64,000 nt of DNA, from the IMG/VR virus record IMGVR_UViG_3300035666_000002. One strand, written 5' to 3'. Made by a program: the position numbers and the translations under genes. The notes beneath the pieces are model-generated. The model was not told the origin of the DNA. It made no database searches and saw nothing but the letters and a program-made list of their open reading frames with translations. This document shows positions 59,741 through 64,000 of the stretch, piece after piece. Each line of letters opens with the position of its first letter. The stretch's first letter is position 1. This DNA is from a virus.

Positions 59741-59768
59741 ATTATAACACAAGAGGAAACGCTGTCAA
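59741..59768 (-). promoter_or_regulatory. Sigma70-type early promoter TTGACA-N16-TATAAT
   Basis: Perfect -35 and -10 hexamers. Confidence 0.85.
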
Positions 59769-59788
59769 CCTGTGTTGTTTTTTTACAA

Positions 59789-59956
59789 CTATTCCTGGAG
59801 AAGTCTTCTATTGCTCTCTTCGCGCAGGTCTTCTTCAAATTCTTGAAATTTCAGGCGATGTAGTTCCTTTTTCAAAAATTCTACATCACCTTGACTTCTT
59901 TGAATTTGTTCCTCAAGTTCTTCGATTCTTTTTCGAATATAGTTGGAGATCGCCAT
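59789..59956 (-). CDS. 55-aa coiled-coil hypothetical protein
   Basis: MAISNYIRKRIEELEEQIQRSQ...; GAGGG SD. Confidence 0.55.
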   Translation of the reverse strand: MAISNYIRKRIEELEEQIQRSQGDVEFLKKELHRLKFQEFEEDLREESNRRLLQE

Positions 59957-60098
59957 AATCGCCCTCTTCTTTTGCTAAACGGTAGTATGACTTGTCATGA
60001 TGTTTCTTTTTTTGCTGCTGAAACTGTTCATCTTGTCGTTCGCTATTTTTGCGAAACTTGGTCTTTTGAATACGTTCTACTTTAATTCCACCGATCAT
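59913..60098 (-). CDS. Small basic hypothetical protein
   Basis: ATG 60098 behind a GAGG SD. Confidence 0.5.
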   Translation of the reverse strand: MIGGIKVERIQKTKFRKNSERQDEQFQQQKKKHHDKSYYRLAKEEGDYGDLQLYSKKNRRT

Positions 60099-60118
60099 TT
60101 TAGTAACCTCTTCTCCTT

Positions 60119-60700
60119 TTAGATAATATGATCTGCTGCACCCAGTTTTACCAACTCCTCTGCTGTCAACCAAACATCACTGGGTGTGAGAAGTTTGGTC
60201 TTAACACCTTTTGCATCCAAAGTTGTAGCTGACTGTAAAACGTTTGTCATTCTTTGAATGCACAATTCGGTTTCTTTTCTATATGACTCCAGGTCGTGAT
60301 ATTTTCCTTCAAAGAAATCTGTGTATTGATGGCACATTATTCCACAGTTTTTTGAAATGAATCTTTCACCTTTTTCACCTGAAGCAAAAATCAGAAATGC
60401 TGCTGACATTACAGTTCCAAGACCTATGGTTCTGATTGGCACTTTGCTCCAACTCATTGCATCAATAAGTGCGAAGGCTTGATATAAATCTCCACCTGGT
60501 GAATTGATGAATAGTTGTAGAGTTTTATTTTTTTCTTCCAGATTGTTCTCATACAATATCCATTGTATTGCTCTGGTGATATTGTACTCATCAATTTCTC
60601 CAAACAAAAAGTGAATATGTTGTTTTAAAAAATCAGATTCAATTTTGTCTTGTACAGAGAAACTAATATTATCGAGAGGTTCTTTTTTTCTGCCAAGCAT
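60119..60700 (-). CDS. clpP: ClpP-family protease subunit
   Basis: LFINSPGGD; GLGTVMSAA (catalytic Ser); IMCHQ (His); DVWLTAEE...G.AD. Confidence 0.85.
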   Translation of the reverse strand: MLGRKKEPLDNISFSVQDKIESDFLKQHIHFLFGEIDEYNITRAIQWILYENNLEEKNKTLQLFINSPGGDLYQAFALIDAMSWSKVPIRTIGLGTVMSAAFLIFASGEKGERFISKNCGIMCHQYTDFFEGKYHDLESYRKETELCIQRMTNVLQSATTLDAKGVKTKLLTPSDVWLTAEELVKLGAADHII

Positions 60701-61601
60701 ACGCAGTTTTGATGATTGATTCGATGTCATGTTTTGGCTCATAATTCAATAGTTTTTTGGCTAGGTTGATATTGGCTACCAGAAAATCTGGGTCACCTTC
60801 TCTTCTCGGTCCAATTTTATAATTTACTTTTTCTCCAGTAATCTTTTCAATTGTCTGTACAACTTCCAAGTTGCTATACCCGACACCTGATCCCAAATTA
60901 ACTAAAATATTTTTTTCTTCCAAATTCAAAGCTTCAATGTGTGCATCAACAACATCTAAAACATGAACGTAATCTCGAACACAAGTTCCGTCCGGTGTTG
61001 AATAATCATCACCATTGATTGTAACGTTATTTAGATTTCCAAGAATTAGAGGAATTAGATGTGTCTCTGGCTCATGATTTTCACCCAGATCATCATCTGC
61101 GCCAGCAAGATTGAAGTATCTAAAAATAACAAAGTTTAAACCAGAATCTTCAATAGCTCGCTCACAGCAAAGTTTGGTATTCGAATACACAGAATTGTCG
61201 ATTGTACACTCATCTTCATCAACAGGAATTCTACCACAAAAATAAACACCCGCTGTAGATGAAAAAAAGATAGTATCGCATCCATGATTCTTCATTGCAT
61301 CGAGAACAATCAAAGTTCCGCCAACGTTTACTTCCCAAAACTTTGTGGGTTCTTCAAAAGAAAGCCCAACTTCGATTCGACCTGCAAGATGAAATACCAC
61401 ATCAATTTTATTGTTCTGGAAAACAGTTTGAACCATATTACGGTTCAAAATGTCATCAATGATGATAGTGTCACAGTAAGTATGAAGAGGAGGCTTAATG
61501 TCATATAGGATGACATCCCATCCTTCTTTTTTCAATCGTTTGCAGAGAAAACTACCGAGATACCCGGACCCACCGGTAACGAGTGCTGTTCTTTTTTCCA
61601 T
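60669..61601 (-). CDS. galE: UDP-glucose 4-epimerase
   Basis: VTGGSGYLGS; YSNTK (YxxxK); FRYFNLAGA; ETHLIP; TPDGTCVRDYVHV. Confidence 0.88.
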   Translation of the reverse strand: MEKRTALVTGGSGYLGSFLCKRLKKEGWDVILYDIKPPLHTYCDTIIIDDILNRNMVQTVFQNNKIDVVFHLAGRIEVGLSFEEPTKFWEVNVGGTLIVLDAMKNHGCDTIFFSSTAGVYFCGRIPVDEDECTIDNSVYSNTKLCCERAIEDSGLNFVIFRYFNLAGADDDLGENHEPETHLIPLILGNLNNVTINGDDYSTPDGTCVRDYVHVLDVVDAHIEALNLEEKNILVNLGSGVGYSNLEVVQTIEKITGEKVNYKIGPRREGDPDFLVANINLAKKLLNYEPKHDIESIIKTAYAWQKKRTSR

Positions 61602-62293
61602 GGAAATTTACCACCATACTTTAAAATATTTTCGTTGTTACCAATTTCGAAGAAGTCTTTTGAGACAGAGTTAGCATTACCATCCAATCTATAACAAACT
61701 GTGTGATTGTTTGTACAATCAAACTTGGGAAAGTATTTTGCTAGATTGAAAAAGAATTTTCTATCTGCACCCCACTGCCCATACCAAGCATGACCAATAT
61801 TCACAGCAACATCTCTTTTTACTGCATAGCAAGAGGTATCGATATGGTTAACTTTTTCATCAAAATAGACAGGCCATTTTCCTAATGATTCACAATTATC
61901 TTCACAGAGATAATTTCCTTCTTTATCATAAATTTTTCTGAGACTGTATGCCCATTGAAGATCATTTTTTTGAATCGCAGAAACAAGACTTTCTACATGA
62001 TCAGGTTCAATCCAATTATCTTCATCAAGATAGCAAATGATATCCGCATTTACCAGAAAAGATGATGCTGCATACACACGATGCCCATACCATCCTTTAC
62101 CAATATTCTCTTGCAATCGAACAGTTTTTACTTTGGAGAATCCATCAAGTTGGTGCCAAATTTTTGAACCATATTCTTCACCATCGAGAAAAATATAGTG
62201 AGTTAAGTTTTCATAAGTCTGGCTATCGACAGAATTGAGGCAATCTGAAAGATAGGTTGTGCCTATCGTAGGAGTGACTACTGCTACCTTCAT
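61532..62293 (-). CDS. GT2-family glycosyltransferase
   Basis: VAVVTPT...SVDSQTY; CYLDEDNW (DxD). Confidence 0.8.
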   Translation of the reverse strand: MKVAVVTPTIGTTYLSDCLNSVDSQTYENLTHYIFLDGEEYGSKIWHQLDGFSKVKTVRLQENIGKGWYGHRVYAASSFLVNADIICYLDEDNWIEPDHVESLVSAIQKNDLQWAYSLRKIYDKEGNYLCEDNCESLGKWPVYFDEKVNHIDTSCYAVKRDVAVNIGHAWYGQWGADRKFFFNLAKYFPKFDCTNNHTVCYRLDGNANSVSKDFFEIGNNENILKYGGKFPWKKEQHSLPVGPGISVVFSAND

Positions 62294-62727
62294 TTTACAC
62301 CAAGATCAATTTCAGGAAAGGCTTCTTTAATCAATTTAGGTGTCAAGAACGGAACTCGAAGGTCTTTTTTAACACAACGAATCATCAAATCTGCTTCATC
62401 TTTGTGAAGAGATTCGAGTAGAAAGGTGAAAAGACTTTTTTGTTTAGCAGCAGTCAAACCTTCTGGTCGTTTAGGATGACCTTTGATGAATCGATAGAGT
62501 TTTTGGACCTCATTATGAAGATATACATCATTTAGCCCAGCAGGCATCAAAGAAGGTTTGTAAACAGGAATTTCAACATCGAATTCGATTCGAGGATCGA
62601 AAGAGTAAGTTAGAAAGATCAAAAAATTTTGATCAGCATGTTTTCGCAGAACCTGAATTTTATCTGCTCTCTTTTCCGTCTTTTCAAACAGTTCAAGAAT
62701 TTCATAGTACAATAAATTAGAACTCAT
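62290..62727 (-). CDS. Conserved T4-like hypothetical protein
   Basis: FTFLLESLHKDEA...K.AFP pattern; lies directly downstream of rnh. Confidence 0.65.
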   Translation of the reverse strand: MSSNLLYYEILELFEKTEKRADKIQVLRKHADQNFLIFLTYSFDPRIEFDVEIPVYKPSLMPAGLNDVYLHNEVQKLYRFIKGHPKRPEGLTAAKQKSLFTFLLESLHKDEADLMIRCVKKDLRVPFLTPKLIKEAFPEIDLGVK

Positions 62728-63553
62728 CCAACACCTCAAGTAAATTTTTCAGTCTATTCTGAATCATATAATTCATAAACTGTTGTCGCGAAGCGGGCTT
62801 CACTTCACTATATGTATCTATGATATTCTTGCAAATGGATTGTGGAATCCTATTCAAATCGATAAGATGACTATTTCTGTCCCAATTTCTAGCAACCGAT
62901 TCTGTGGTTGGTTGTGTAATATCCATCAACTGAAGAAGGATTTTTTTCGTGATGGGCTTTTGGCGCAAACCTTCAACCAAACAATTGTCTGGTGACAATA
63001 CATTTGGAATTCCATCACCACTATCACCACGAATGATCAGTTCTCTCAACTGTTCTTTTGGATCTTCAGTCTTGATAAACTTCTTCAGAATAGGAGAATA
63101 TTGCTTAACATTAGGATAAGATTGCAATTGAACGAAATCTTTATCTGAAGACAGGATCAGAATAGGTTCTCGGCTCGAATATTCACGAACCAAAGCACCA
63201 ATTACATCATCTGCTTCAGCACCATCTACATCAATCACTTTGTATGGTGAATGATCTTTTAGTTCTTGGCGAATCTTAGCCATACATTCGAAAATTGTAA
63301 CCCAGTCATGCCCTGAAGCATCACGGTTTTTCTTTCGATTGGCTTTGTAAGCGGGAAAAATTTCGCGGCGCCAGTAACGTTTATTGTCACAAGCAATAAC
63401 AACTTCTCCATATTCTTTGAATTTCTTCACGTTTGATCGAATGGTATTAAGAACCATGTGTCGAACCAAACCTTCATCAACCGCAGACTTGGAGTATCCG
63501 ATTTGTTCCATCAGATTAGACAGAACGACTTGATTGTAGTCAAATATTAACAT
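62717..63553 (-). CDS. rnh: T4-like RNase H (5'-3' exonuclease)
   Basis: YWRR..FP.YKANR; EADD; SSDKDF.QL; GDSGDGIPN. Confidence 0.92.
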   Translation of the reverse strand: MLIFDYNQVVLSNLMEQIGYSKSAVDEGLVRHMVLNTIRSNVKKFKEYGEVVIACDNKRYWRREIFPAYKANRKKNRDASGHDWVTIFECMAKIRQELKDHSPYKVIDVDGAEADDVIGALVREYSSREPILILSSDKDFVQLQSYPNVKQYSPILKKFIKTEDPKEQLRELIIRGDSGDGIPNVLSPDNCLVEGLRQKPITKKILLQLMDITQPTTESVARNWDRNSHLIDLNRIPQSICKNIIDTYSEVKPASRQQFMNYMIQNRLKNLLEVLDEF

Positions 63554-63591
63554 GATTTAATTTTATCATAGTAAATTATTTAGTGAGGCAA

Positions 63592-64000
63592 TTATACTAC
63601 TTTTAGAAGAATTGTTTCCTTGTTGATTCGACCGGTCAGAGGTGTTTCTTTCGATTTGATTGTTGACAACAAATTTCGAAGAGCAACCTTACCACCTGTC
63701 GCAACAACACTCAAAACATCATTTGGTTTTTTGGCAGTCTTACAAACAGACTTCATTTCACTGAAGTTTAGAATTGTACTGCCTTTTACACCGAAACCAC
63801 CAGCATCTTCAGAGTGATAAACACCAATCTTTTTATATTTAACATTGAAGACCCAGAGTTGAGTGGCACCAATAATTTTGGCTGGCTCAATAGACTTCAA
63901 TTTGTATTCTTTGCATTCTTTCAAGAAATTAAGCTTTGAAATTAATTGCTGAGGAGATTTGGCTTTACGCTTACGTGGTTTACGAGTAGCTTTAGCTTCA
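63592..64000 (-). CDS. Conserved phage hypothetical protein (5' part outside the window)
   Basis: Frame open to the window edge; SIEPAKIIGA..LWVFN.K; GRIN...ILL. Confidence 0.7.
   Translation of the reverse strand, partial: EAKATRKPRKRKAKSPQQLISKLNFLKECKEYKLKSIEPAKIIGATQLWVFNVKYKKIGVYHSEDAGGFGVKGSTILNFSEMKSVCKTAKKPNDVLSVVATGGKVALRNLLSTIKSKETPLTGRINKETILLKVV

Noticed and set aside
1-64000. Stop-codon reassignment, introns or inteins
   Set aside because: Conserved genes are full length in code 11 and all three stop codons terminate genes; no interrupted core gene or homing endonuclease was recognised

Overview
A 64 kb segment of a large T4-like (myovirus-type) phage genome, mostly encoded on the minus strand in the standard genetic code, AT-rich except for the collagen genes. 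From the left end: (1) a glycosyltransferase and two 2OG-Fe(II) oxygenases directly downstream of three tandem ~700-740 aa collagen-like fibre genes, each ending in an S74-type chaperone. (2) A chain of fibre/adaptor genes and a 2067 aa repeat-rich fibre. (3) The T4-like baseplate and tail module (gp8, gp7, gp6, gp25, a two-gene gp5, hub, gp53, gp48, gp4, gp2, gp54, gp26, gp51 and a tape-measure-like protein with a lysozyme domain). (4) gp32, gp59, gp33, dsbA, an AAA ATPase and a cell-wall hydrolase. (5) A circularly permuted (two-piece) tmRNA with tag ANEERFALAA. (6) An AT-rich 6 kb cluster of three PP-loop (SGGxDS) enzymes, a Rieske oxygenase, a Bug/TctC solute-binding protein and a 2OG-Fe(II) oxygenase. 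(7) An exonuclease, phoH, denV-like, clpP, galE, a GT2 and rnh. The tmRNA tag and Bug protein point to a betaproteobacterial host (inference). The strongest candidates for undescribed systems are the PP-loop/Rieske/Bug cluster, the collagen-fibre operon with its putative modifying enzymes and terminal docking motifs, and the phage-borne permuted tmRNA. All family assignments come from motif recognition by eye; no database searches were run.
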